From: Planctomycetota bacterium
GTDB taxonomy: Bacteria > Planctomycetota > GCA-002687715 > CAIWVZ01
Assembly (NCBI GenBank): GCA_044222185.1
Contig: JBGANV010000001.1
Coordinates: 1,344,001-1,408,000, forward strand
Direction: 5' to 3'
Length of the DNA stretch: 64,000 bases
The notes beneath the pieces are model-generated. The model was not told where the DNA came from, did not search any database, and saw nothing but the letters and a program-made list of their open reading frames with translations. How positions within the stretch are numbered: position 1 is the first letter of the stretch; each line of letters starts with the position of its first letter. Made by a program: the position numbers and the translations under genes. Of this stretch, positions 18,705 through 28,762 are shown in pieces.

Positions 18705-21700
18705 ATGTCGAGCCTCAGACTCTTCGCCAGTACGTGTGTCCTCCTGTTTGCGCTGCCCCACGCCCTGTTCGCCCAGGAGGAGACCATTCCGCCCGGTTGG
18801 GTGCTCATCGACGACATGATCCTCCCCGAGTACGTCCTTCAGACGGATTCGTCGTTCACGGCGACGCCCTGGCCTCTCGGCGTCGTCGCCTACACGTTCA
18901 ACGCCAACGTGTCCGCCCAGAACCAGGCCCAGGCACGGAAGGCCATGGCCGAGATCTCCGCGGTCTGCGGCGTGGTCTTCGTCCCCCGGACCAACCATCC
19001 GGACTGGATCACGTTCAACGCGTCGACGGTCAACAACTCGCCCGTCGGGATGATGGGCGGAGGGCAGACCATCAACATCACGAGCTGGGGGACGAAGTAC
19101 ATCATCGTGCACGAGATCATGCACTCGCTCGGATTCATCCACGAGCAGAGTCGTCCCGACCGCAACACGTTCGTCACGATCAACTACGGGAACGTCAGCA
19201 CCTCGGCTTGCACGGGCTCGAATTGCACCGGCAACGGGTCGGCGAGCTGCGTCTGCAACTTCAACGTCGTGAACGGCGCCACGCCCGCGACTTCGTACGA
19301 CTTCCTGTCGATCATGCACTACGGCCGCACGGCGTTCTCCACGAACGGCCTGGACACGATCTCCTGCAACGCGGCCTACGCCGGGTTCCAGACCCAGATC
19401 GGCAACAACACGTTCATGTCCCTCGGCGACGCGCAGGGTCTCCAGCAGCGATATGGCGGCTCGCTTTTCGGACCGAACCTCACCTCGATCTCCCCCACGA
19501 CGGTCACGACGGCGCAAGGCACGTTCACGCTCCACGTGTATGGGGCCAACTTCTTCGAGGGGTCGCCGAACGCGAGCGGAGTCCAAGGTTCGAAGATCGT
19601 GTGGAACGGAACCCAGATCCCGACGACCTACGTCGACGCCGGTCACCTCACGGCGCAGATCACTCCGGAGTTGATCTCCCACCCCCAAACCGCGCAAATC
19701 ACGGTCACCAACCCGCCACCGGCGTGGGGGCCGCTCTTCGCGACCCTTCCCCTGTCCATCATCTGCCAGTCCGGCGGGGTCGCTCTCGCCAATGGAGTCC
19801 CCACGACCATCACGAATGGTTGCCAGGGATACTCCATCACTCCGGTGTACGACGCGTTCAACGTCGTGGCCGTCTCGTCGGCGAGCGACTGGGACATCCA
19901 GATGGGGACGGCGTTCGCGACTGCCGGCGGGAACACCTGCGACTTCGTGGCGGGCGGCGGGTGGTTCGGCCCGGGAACGATCCAACCCACGTTCGGCAAC
20001 GTGACGCTCTACTCCGGCAGCGCCGCCGCGACACTCCAGCACGTCACGTCGACCGAGGTGTTGAACGGTCAGCCGACGATCGCGTCGCTGCCGGCAGGTT
20101 CGATCGTCCGTGCGTTCCACTTCAGCGCAGCCGCGGTCTCGACCCGGGCGATCCAGATCGCGGGGCCGACCGATCTGCGCTGGAAGCTGCTCTACGCGGG
20201 CAGCCCCGGGTTCAGCTGGCGCTCGTCCACGACGAACGTCACGGCGTCCGGCCAGGTCGGCGCCGGGCCCGTCACGGGGATCGGGATCGTTCCGGCACCG
20301 TATTGCCTCGTCGTCTATCGGGATGGCGTTCCGTCGCCGACACCCGCCGACTTCACGATCACGATGTGTTTCGATTTCACGCCCACGCAGCTGGTCGCGT
20401 CGAACTTCATCACCACGATCAACCAGGGGCCGTACTCGTGCGTCCCGTTCACCATCACCCCGCTGACCGGGAGATGGAACGTCGTGGGCGTTTCCTCGCC
20501 GTCGGATTGGGACCTCCAGATCGGCCCCGCGGTGTCGCAGAACGGCGGGAGCGCGTGCGACTACGTCCTCTCGAATGGCCACCTCGGAACCGTGTGGCCC
20601 GTATCCGGGGTCTGTTCACCCTTTGCCTATCCCGGGTCCTCGGGCTCCCTCCAGTTCGCGCCCACGGCAACCATGCCCTCGGCGAACTCCTTCTGGAACT
20701 CCTATGCGTACATGATGGTCGCCTTCGAGTTCGAGGTCGTGGCTCCGGGGACCTACGACATCAACGTCGGCGCGCCGGGGTATTCGTGGAACCTGCATGG
20801 CCCGGGCACGAGCTCCGCCTGGAGCCGGAGGAACGACCGCTTGGTCGGCGGGGCCGGGAGCGGCGTACCGGTCTCCGTCGCCGGGCTCGTCCCCGGTTGG
20901 TACTGCGTCGTCGTCTTCCACGACGGCGGTCCCACGGGGTTGACGAACCCGTCGATCAGCGTGGGATACTCCGCCATCCAAACACCCGTCCTGTCGTCGA
21001 TCGCACCCTCGACGGCCACGGCCGGAGGTCCCGGATTCACGATCACGGCCACGGGTAACGGATTCGTCGCGACGAGCGTCATTCGGTGGAACGGGAACGC
21101 GGTTCCCACGACGTTCGTGAGCGCGACGACCCTGCGGGCGGTCGTCGCACCGTCGCTCCTGACGTCGCCCACGACCGGCACTGTGACCGCCTTCACTCCA
21201 GGGGGCGGCGCTTCCGCATCGCTGCCGTGCAGCGTGCTTCCCGCGGCTCCGATACTGGCGTCGTTGTCGCCGCTTTCGACACCCATTCAATCACCGACGT
21301 TCCCGCTCTCCGTGTTCGGGTCCGGCTTCAACGCAACGTCGATCGTGCTGTGGAACGGCGCGGCGCTGCCGACGGCGTTCGTTTCTGCGACCGAGCTTTC
21401 GGCGACGGTCGACGCCACTCTCACGGCAGCGGTCGGCTCCGCGCTCGTGAGCGTCGACAACCCCGGCGGAGGCATGTCGGGCGGCCAGTCGTTCGCGATC
21501 ACCTACGGCAATCCCGCCTATCCCCCCGCCGTCGCAGCCGGTCTCGAACCGGTCGGATCGTGGTCCGCGACGAGCATGGGGCTGCCGACGCCGCTCGGCG
21601 GCATCAGTTTCACTCCCAACGGAGCGACGCTCCTGGTGGGAGCACGGGCGAACCATGCCGCCGCCGCGCTCTACGCCATTCCGGTCGATCGGGACCCCGT

Positions 21701-22685
21701 GAGCCATCGCGTGACCGGTCTCGGTGCGCCGGCGGTGTTGGCGCCCGCGCCCAACGTCGACGGCGGAGTCGTCGCACTCGGCGCCACCTGGCTCTACACG
21801 CGATACCCGCTGAACGAGATCGGAGAGTTCAACGGCACGACGACCATCTCACAGCCACTGCCCCCGGGAGTCCTGAGCCCGGGCGGCATCGCGATCGTTC
21901 CACCGGGCCTCCCCAATGCGGGGACCGTTCTCGTCAGCAGTTTCAACGTCGGCTCGATCTACTCGATCGCGACGTCCCCCGCGGCGAACGGCTTCGTGAG
22001 CCTCGGCAGCGAGACGCTCTTCGCGACGCTTCCGCCGGGGACGGAAGGCATCGCGTTCATCCCGTACGGCCCCTTCGCCGGTGACCTCCTCGTCGCGGAC
22101 TACAACGTCGGAATGGTCCGCGTCATGGACATCAGCCCATCGACCGGCCTTCCCGTCGGCGGTGCGGCGAACCCGTCCTTGACGACGATCATCCCCTCCT
22201 GGATCGCAGCGGAGGGCGTCGCGGTCGACCCCGTGACCGGTGAGCTTTGGATCACACAGTTCGGGGATCGGCTCGTCCAGATCGCAGGGCTGGAGTCCAT
22301 GGCCACGCTCGTCGCGCTCGAATCGAATCCGCACGTGAACGCAGGCGCGTCGATCACGTTCCGCCTGCGTGCCGGAACCGCGCGGCACGATCGGCCCTAC
22401 ATCCTCGCGGGAAGTCTCTCGGGTAGTTCGCCGGGAACCCCCGTCGGAAGCGTCGTGCTCCCGCTGAACGTCGATGCTCTGACGCTGGCCGTGCTCGACA
22501 ACCTCAACACACCGCTCTTCAGCAACTTCGCGTCGACCCTCGACGCGAATGGAGCTGCGGGCGCCACGCTCGCCATTCCCCCGGGGCTCGGCCTCGCGAC
22601 GCCACTCGCCTCGGATCTCGCCTACGTGCTTCTCACGCCGGTGGATTTCGCATCGAGCGCGTGCCACGTCACGCTCGTTCCGTAG
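18705..22685 (+). CDS. Secreted astacin (M12A) metalloprotease with IPT/TIG repeats, beta-propeller-like region and C-terminal domain
   Basis: Signal peptide from ATG 18705 (GGAG RBS); HEIMHSLGFIHEQSRPDR; Met-turn SIMHY; three P.L.SISP...G..F...WNG...T.FV....L.A IPT repeats. Confidence 0.92.
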   Translation: MSSLRLFASTCVLLFALPHALFAQEETIPPGWVLIDDMILPEYVLQTDSSFTATPWPLGVVAYTFNANVSAQNQAQARKAMAEISAVCGVVFVPRTNHPDWITFNASTVNNSPVGMMGGGQTINITSWGTKYIIVHEIMHSLGFIHEQSRPDRNTFVTINYGNVSTSACTGSNCTGNGSASCVCNFNVVNGATPATSYDFLSIMHYGRTAFSTNGLDTISCNAAYAGFQTQIGNNTFMSLGDAQGLQQRYGGSLFGPNLTSISPTTVTTAQGTFTLHVYGANFFEGSPNASGVQGSKIVWNGTQIPTTYVDAGHLTAQITPELISHPQTAQITVTNPPPAWGPLFATLPLSIICQSGGVALANGVPTTITNGCQGYSITPVYDAFNVVAVSSASDWDIQMGTAFATAGGNTCDFVAGGGWFGPGTIQPTFGNVTLYSGSAAATLQHVTSTEVLNGQPTIASLPAGSIVRAFHFSAAAVSTRAIQIAGPTDLRWKLLYAGSPGFSWRSSTTNVTASGQVGAGPVTGIGIVPAPYCLVVYRDGVPSPTPADFTITMCFDFTPTQLVASNFITTINQGPYSCVPFTITPLTGRWNVVGVSSPSDWDLQIGPAVSQNGGSACDYVLSNGHLGTVWPVSGVCSPFAYPGSSGSLQFAPTATMPSANSFWNSYAYMMVAFEFEVVAPGTYDINVGAPGYSWNLHGPGTSSAWSRRNDRLVGGAGSGVPVSVAGLVPGWYCVVVFHDGGPTGLTNPSISVGYSAIQTPVLSSIAPSTATAGGPGFTITATGNGFVATSVIRWNGNAVPTTFVSATTLRAVVAPSLLTSPTTGTVTAFTPGGGASASLPCSVLPAAPILASLSPLSTPIQSPTFPLSVFGSGFNATSIVLWNGAALPTAFVSATELSATVDATLTAAVGSALVSVDNPGGGMSGGQSFAITYGNPAYPPAVAAGLEPVGSWSATSMGLPTPLGGISFTPNGATLLVGARANHAAAALYAIPVDRDPVSHRVTGLGAPAVLAPAPNVDGGVVALGATWLYTRYPLNEIGEFNGTTTISQPLPPGVLSPGGIAIVPPGLPNAGTVLVSSFNVGSIYSIATSPAANGFVSLGSETLFATLPPGTEGIAFIPYGPFAGDLLVADYNVGMVRVMDISPSTGLPVGGAANPSLTTIIPSWIAAEGVAVDPVTGELWITQFGDRLVQIAGLESMATLVALESNPHVNAGASITFRLRAGTARHDRPYILAGSLSGSSPGTPVGSVVLPLNVDALTLAVLDNLNTPLFSNFASTLDANGAAGATLAIPPGLGLATPLASDLAYVLLTPVDFASSACHVTLVP

Positions 22686-23666
22686 CGGCTTGGGGCGTCG
22701 CCATGGTGGCGGGCCCGAAGCCGGGTCGTCCGCAGGGCGGTCTCCGCGGGAGGCCGCACGGGTGCTTAGCGGGCCGATCCTGGAGCTCTCGGTCAGGAAG
22801 ACGGGACCCGTGGTCGCCGTGATCTCGAGCATGCCCCCCTCCGTGACGTGCCTGGGCGAGCTGGGTTCGCACAGGCTCCCTGCGATCCCCAGCGGCGGCT
22901 TCGGCATCGGGCCGGCACGGAACCACACCGTGGCCTTCGGCCCTTTGCACCTGGACGCGGCGAGCAGCCCCTTCTCCAACGGCGCATGGCGCGGAGGCCG
23001 CCTGACGATCCACGAAGTCGACGTCACGAATCCATTGGCCCCCGTGCATGGTCAGAAACCACTCGGAACGCTCGGCGGAACCCTGCGAGACTTCTCCAGC
23101 TCGACCGTCACCCCCGAGTCGTACGTCGCGGCGGGCTCCGTGCACGACATCCAGGTCCACGACCCCGACAGGCTGAGACCCGTCACCATGATGAACACGA
23201 GCCCCACTCGAGGGGCCGTGACGCTCGGCAGCAACGGCAACGGAGTCGTCATGAGCGCATCGACTCCCGGAAGCGCCAACGTGCGCCGCGTCAGCGCGTC
23301 GGCCCACTCCCCGTTGACGACGATCCCCTGCGACTGCTGGATCGACCACACCGACGCCGTGGAACGCGGGATCCGTGTCGATTGGCGCGCCAAGACGGCG
23401 TTTCCGATCACCGGGCAGTCGAACTCCTCGCGGTCCCGACTCGAGCCCATGACCGCCGCACTTCCACCCTTCCACCACCATTGGTCCGATCACGCACGGG
23501 CGACGACCCTGTCCGCAACCGTCGTCGTCATGAAGGGCGATGGCTCAAACCCTGCTGCCCACGCCCTCATGATCGTCGGCGTGGTTCCGGCGCCGATGAA
23601 CCCGTTGCGAGCTGATGCGAAACCACACGCTGCAGCTTCCGTCGACGAACGCGCACTCGACCTCTC

Positions 23667-24485
23667 TCAGGGAGCCTCCACGACGATCCTCAGGCCGAAC
23701 TTGTCGTCGGCCCGGTCAGGGTCCTCCCGGGCGATGTGGTTCGAGCGCACGGCCTCCTCCCCCATGCACCAGGGCCCGCCGCGGAGGTGGTACGAAATCG
23801 CCACTCGTTCCCGCCGAGCGGCGTCGCCGTCCGTCGGCGTGGACGTCCACTCCCAGATGTTCCCTGCCATGTCGAACAGCCCATCGGGAGTGCAGCCCCG
23901 CGGAAACGACCCGACCGGCGCCGCAGCCGGGAATCCGTCCGCGTCACCGCCGATGTTGGCGCACTCCGGGTCCCACGCATCGCCCCACGGATAGGTGCGC
24001 GCAAGCCCGGGGCCCATGGCAGCCAGGGACCATTCGGCATCCGTTGGAAGCCGTACCGTGCGGCCGGTGACGCGGCTCAGCCATCCGCAAAACGCAGCTG
24101 CGTGATGGACGTTCAGGTAGCACACCGGATCGTTCGCAGCGCCCACGGCAGGACGTTCGTCCTTCCAATCCGCGAGGAACGGCTCGGTGGACTTGGAGCT
24201 CGGGTGGTCCGCTCCGTCGTAATGGGTTGCGCGAATGAACGGTTCGAACTGGGCATGAGTGATCTCGAACCGCCCGATCAGGAATGCACGGGGCACGCCA
24301 TCACGCGCACTCCCGGCGATCCGACCGAGTTCCACAGGCAAGCCGCCCGGGACGTCCAGGCGCTCGCCGCTCGCGGCAATCTCAGTCGGCGTGGCGCCGG
24401 CCTCGGGCCGGTCGGAGGACTGCGCGCAGCCGAAAGCCAGGGCGAGTGACACGAGCACGGCATGCGAAGTCCAGCGGCACATCAT
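23667..24485 (-). CDS. SUMF1/EgtB/PvdO-family (FGE-sulfatase domain) lipoprotein
   Basis: Lipobox LAFGC; FEIT, RLPTDAEW, YPWG, GLFDMAGNIWEW, RGG.W, GLRIV. Confidence 0.88.
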   Translation of the reverse strand: MMCRWTSHAVLVSLALAFGCAQSSDRPEAGATPTEIAASGERLDVPGGLPVELGRIAGSARDGVPRAFLIGRFEITHAQFEPFIRATHYDGADHPSSKSTEPFLADWKDERPAVGAANDPVCYLNVHHAAAFCGWLSRVTGRTVRLPTDAEWSLAAMGPGLARTYPWGDAWDPECANIGGDADGFPAAAPVGSFPRGCTPDGLFDMAGNIWEWTSTPTDGDAARRERVAISYHLRGGPWCMGEEAVRSNHIAREDPDRADDKFGLRIVVEAP

Positions 24486-24731
24486 CGAGTTTCTCCCGCG
24501 TTGCCTCCAGGCTGTCGAAGAGACGCGCGAGGCATGAGGAGTGTTATCCGCTGCGCGACACCGATCCTCACGTCCCGCTGCGGTGGTCGGGCACGCGCGG
24601 GAATCTGGTTCGCAGGCTCGTCGTGCTCAGCCGCCTGCGCTGGACGACCCATCATCCAACGCGCCGCCTGAGCTACGTTTGTCGCGGTCTCGGGGTCCCC
24701 AGGTGTCCGACTTGCACGCAGGGGGTGGACC

Positions 24732-27395
24732 ATGATCCACGCACGACGAACGACGCGTCCCGTCGGGATCGCGCACGTCTCAGCAGCGCTCCTGATCGCG
24801 GCGACGGGACTCAGCCAGTTTCCATTCGACGCCCCGCGCACCTTCGACTCGGGTTTCATCCAGGCGTGGGGTGACGTCGACGGAGACGGCGATGTCGATC
24901 TGATCCGGTTCCCGAACGATCCCGTCGCGGCCGGCACCGTGTCGACCGAGCTCAACGCGGGAGCGTGGAGATTCGTGACCGTCGCTGCCGGAGCGAAGGC
25001 CGCGGGGGTCGGCCGGTTCGCCGCCGTCGCGGACGTGACGGGTGATGGACTCGGGGACCTCGTGATGTCGGTCGACCAGGGAGTGCGCTGCCCCAGCGCT
25101 GGCCTCGAGGTCTGGCGCTCGCGCGGGGACGGAACGTTCGAACCGCCGCGCTTCACGGATCTCGCTGGCGCCGTGATCGATCTCCTCATCGGCGACGCGG
25201 ACGGCGACGCGACGATGGAGATCTGCGTACAGATCGCCGTGCCGATCGGGTCGCCACGGCTCACGTGGTTCGACGTGTCCCCCGGCGCGACGATCTCGTC
25301 GATCCCAGGGATGTGGATTCCGCTCGCGTCGAACGCGACCGCCATCGTCGACGCCGATGGCGACGGAGACGATGACGTCGCCGCGATCGTCTGGCCGGCT
25401 GGGGGAATCACGTTCATGCTTTCCGAACCCGGCGCCATCGTGCCATTCGGATTCGTCGCCATGCCTCCACCCGTCTCCGGCATGCTGGTGACGGGAGACC
25501 TGGACGGCGACGGAGATGCGGACCTCGCCCAAGTCCGGACGACGGGCGCGGCGGGAAGCGGCGCACCGGTGCAGATCATGCGCATCGTGAACGGTGGAGG
25601 CGGCGTCTGGACGCCCTTCCCCTTCGCCGCCGTGACGAACGTCACCGTCGCGATCTACAACCAGCCGGTTGCGTTCGGACTGGAAGACGTGACTGGCGAT
25701 GGCCGCGCCGACCTGGAATTCGTGACGACCTACGGAAGCACCTACACGATCCAGGTTGCCGCAGGCGGCGCCACGGGCACCTTCACGCGGGTTTTCGCCG
25801 GTGTGTATTTCGATGGACATCCCGACACGCTCGGCGTCACGCCCCAACGAGCGCCGCCTGGAGACCTGAACGGTGATGGGAAACAGGACCTCGTGTTTCC
25901 TCGCATGATCTTCAGCGGCAGCCTGGCCGAATCCGGCGTCGGTCCGTACCTCGGCGTCGTTTCGCATGCGCGGCTTCGCGACGTGGAGGGAGATGGCGAC
26001 CTGGACGTCGTGGGGACGTTCGGCATCGGCATGAACCTCGGGGACGGGCTGATGACCTCGGTCGCCGTCACGCTTCCACCGCCGCCGGCCGGTCATTACT
26101 TCGGCGCCGTTCGTGCGATCGCCGACGTGGACGATGACCACATCCCTGATTGGATCATCGATGAAGCGCTCGGGCCTTACGAGACCTCGCCCATCGTTGC
26201 CCAGCGACGCTACAGGCTCGATGGAAACACCGCGCTCGTCGACCTGGGGCCGATCGCGCCGCCTGGCGTCGTCTTCTACCGGAAGGCCTCGTCCTCCCCC
26301 GAGGCCGACTTCGATGGCGACGGAGACCTGGACCTCGCTGCGACCGGCGCCGTGGCGATCAACGACGGCGCCGGACACTTCACGCCGGTGCCAACCTCCG
26401 AGCCCGGCCTCGATCCGGTCGATACGGGCGACGTCGACGGGGACGGCGACGCGGACATCCTCTGCTCCTACGTCGGCTACGACGGGATCTACCTCCTGCG
26501 GAACCTGTCGGGCGCGCAGTTCCGGACGGAAACACTGCTCGACCGGTTCACGACGCCGGACGTCGCGACGCCACCTCGGCTTCGAGATCTGGACGGCGAC
26601 GGCGACCTGGACGTGGTGTACGGCCTCGCGCCCGGGAACATGACCACGGAGGCACACGTCCTGGAGAACGTGGCGGGGCGTTTCCGCGACGTGCTGGCGC
26701 CGCTGCCCGTGGTCCAAAGTGGCCTCGGCGAACGGGTCGTGGAGGCGGCTGACTTCGACGGTGACGGCCTGATCGACCTGTGCATCGGCGACGTGTCTCG
26801 CCAGAACCCGATTCCGATTCACAACGCCAGGGTCTGGTTCTGCCGCCGCCTGGCACCCGGTTGGGTCTTCGATGCACCAATGGCGTTCCTGACGACGGGT
26901 CTGTCGGAGATCGCCGACGTCGACTCCGACGGCGATCCGGACATCGTGGGTTGGCTGCTGCTCCGCAACCGTCGCGGCGAGGACCTCGATCGAGGGGTCG
27001 TGCGTCAATACGGCGACGGCACGCCGGGCTCCGAGAGCTTCCGCCCGCGGCTCGGGTATGCGGGGACCATGCAAGCTGCGTCGCACGGCGCATTGCGAAT
27101 TCGTTTCGGGCTCGGCGGGGCCGACGGCCTCCTGGTCGCCGGAGCCCACGAGTCCAACGTCGCCAACAGCCCGTTGCCGGGGCTCGTCTCCTACGCGGAG
27201 CCATGGCTCGTGCTCGCTCCACTGACGCTCGGCGGTACACCCGGTGCTGCCGGCAACGGATGGCTCGACGTACCGATGGTGCCGCCAGCCGCCATCGCGG
27301 GACTGGATCTATTCATTCAGATCGGCGTGCTGGACGCGGGTGCCACGCCCGGTGCGGCCGTGTCCCAGGGGCTCCAACTGCGGTTTGCGCCGTGA
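24732..27395 (+). CDS. Secreted FG-GAP/VCBS-repeat protein
   Basis: More than ten D[VLF]DGDGD.D Ca-binding repeats; signal peptide; C-terminal beta domain. Confidence 0.9.
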   Translation: MIHARRTTRPVGIAHVSAALLIAATGLSQFPFDAPRTFDSGFIQAWGDVDGDGDVDLIRFPNDPVAAGTVSTELNAGAWRFVTVAAGAKAAGVGRFAAVADVTGDGLGDLVMSVDQGVRCPSAGLEVWRSRGDGTFEPPRFTDLAGAVIDLLIGDADGDATMEICVQIAVPIGSPRLTWFDVSPGATISSIPGMWIPLASNATAIVDADGDGDDDVAAIVWPAGGITFMLSEPGAIVPFGFVAMPPPVSGMLVTGDLDGDGDADLAQVRTTGAAGSGAPVQIMRIVNGGGGVWTPFPFAAVTNVTVAIYNQPVAFGLEDVTGDGRADLEFVTTYGSTYTIQVAAGGATGTFTRVFAGVYFDGHPDTLGVTPQRAPPGDLNGDGKQDLVFPRMIFSGSLAESGVGPYLGVVSHARLRDVEGDGDLDVVGTFGIGMNLGDGLMTSVAVTLPPPPAGHYFGAVRAIADVDDDHIPDWIIDEALGPYETSPIVAQRRYRLDGNTALVDLGPIAPPGVVFYRKASSSPEADFDGDGDLDLAATGAVAINDGAGHFTPVPTSEPGLDPVDTGDVDGDGDADILCSYVGYDGIYLLRNLSGAQFRTETLLDRFTTPDVATPPRLRDLDGDGDLDVVYGLAPGNMTTEAHVLENVAGRFRDVLAPLPVVQSGLGERVVEAADFDGDGLIDLCIGDVSRQNPIPIHNARVWFCRRLAPGWVFDAPMAFLTTGLSEIADVDSDGDPDIVGWLLLRNRRGEDLDRGVVRQYGDGTPGSESFRPRLGYAGTMQAASHGALRIRFGLGGADGLLVAGAHESNVANSPLPGLVSYAEPWLVLAPLTLGGTPGAAGNGWLDVPMVPPAAIAGLDLFIQIGVLDAGATPGAAVSQGLQLRFAP

Positions 27396-27785
27396 TGCGT
27401 CAGGGCGTGATCGAGACGCCCCCGGCCCTCGACGCGCCGCGAGCCGAGCCCCGCGACGACGTGCGCGCAGAACGTCGAGGTTCGGATCCGTTCGTCGCGA
27501 ACTGCAAGGCGAACTGACGCCCCGTGAAGCACCACGCGCGCTGGCGTTCGCGCTTCTCCAGGCCCGCGCGGCCCTCCGCCGTCGCGGGCTTTCTCATGAG
27601 AGGTGCGCGAGAACTCCGCGAGGCGGGCGCATCCCACCGGCCCCGGGTCGAAGGGGCGCTCCGACGCCGGCGGGCGACACGAGGCGAGGAGGCTGGACCC
27701 TCTCGGAGTCAGCCGCCGCCACATCGTCGAGGTTCGGTCGCGCCCCGTTCCGGTCGACGGCTCGCGCCGCAGGGATCGGACCGAG

Positions 27786-28190
27786 TCAGAGGAACGTCAG
27801 CGTGCCCCGGTCCAACCTCCAATGCTGCACGTAGTCGTCGTGCCCGCTCTGGTTCAACGTCGTCCAGTGCGTGTATCGGGCGGAGAGGACGACCTGGTGG
27901 CCGACCGAGTCGGTGAGCCGCACGTTCGTGAGGTTCAGCCCCATCGGGTAGACGGCGTAGATCCCCGAATCGTAGACGGTCCCCGCGATCGAGAGAGTGA
28001 CGCGGCCATTCGTCGCCGACGCCGAGATGGAGCCGATCACCAGCGGGCCGCCGTTGGGGCCGACTCCATCGTTCATGACGGCGTAGCAAGTCCTCGTCGC
28101 GGTGCATGGCGTCGGCTTCAGGCCGACGACCGGAATGCGGGACGAAGACGCCATGAGCACGAGCATCAGGAGCGGAGAGAGCTTCCACAT
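27786..28190 (-). CDS. Small exported hypothetical protein
   Basis: AAAGGA RBS; hydrophobic N-terminus; beta-rich mature region with a Cys pair. Confidence 0.65.
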   Translation of the reverse strand: MWKLSPLLMLVLMASSSRIPVVGLKPTPCTATRTCYAVMNDGVGPNGGPLVIGSISASATNGRVTLSIAGTVYDSGIYAVYPMGLNLTNVRLTDSVGHQVVLSARYTHWTTLNQSGHDDYVQHWRLDRGTLTFL

Positions 28191-28762
28191 GGGACGTTCC
28201 TTTCGCGGCCGGGACGCGGTGATGCCAGTGACCGCCCACGTTCACGCACGATCGAGTTCGGGGCGGCGACGACGGCGGGACCATGCGATCGCACCGCTCG
28301 TGAAGATGGCCGTGGAGGAGTCCGACGCGATGGGGAACGCGTCGCGGGGGAACTGCCGTTGAGGTTGCGCCCCGCCGTCGCACGGCGCCAGCAGAGCGTG
28401 GGCCCGCGCGATGCCGAAGCGCGGTCGACGTGGACTCAGCACCACGTACACGCACCCGTACGCGCCGTCGGCGTCGCGCGCCGTCACGCCAGGCCCTCGA
28501 CGCCGTCCGGGTGCGGCGAAGTTTCGTCGATGGCGGCAAACCCGAGCGGTCGACGCCGGACACCGCGGCTGGCCCGCCACTCGCAGCCTGACGTGAGCCA
28601 TCCGCGCGCGGTCACCGGCCGCTCGAAGCGCGGCGCCCTCGGCGACGGGCGTTCCGACGGCGCGATCGGCGTCGCTCGGCGTTTCAGGGCGTCGCAATCG
28701 CACACCTCCGCGAGATTGCGGCCCCCTGGACCAGCGTCACCACCTCGTGCAAGATCGCCCCC

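Noticed and set aside
23028-23054. Selenocysteine or readthrough at the TGA joining minus-strand ORFs 23052..23450 and 21849..23027
   Set aside because: The downstream ORF is a shadow of astacin 1; no redox motif or evident SECIS.
23667-24485. True formylglycine-generating enzyme maturing the sulfatase
   Set aside because: It lacks the catalytic Cys pair (reads GGPWCMGEEAVR), is a lipoprotein, and the sulfatase-like protein has no CxPxR.
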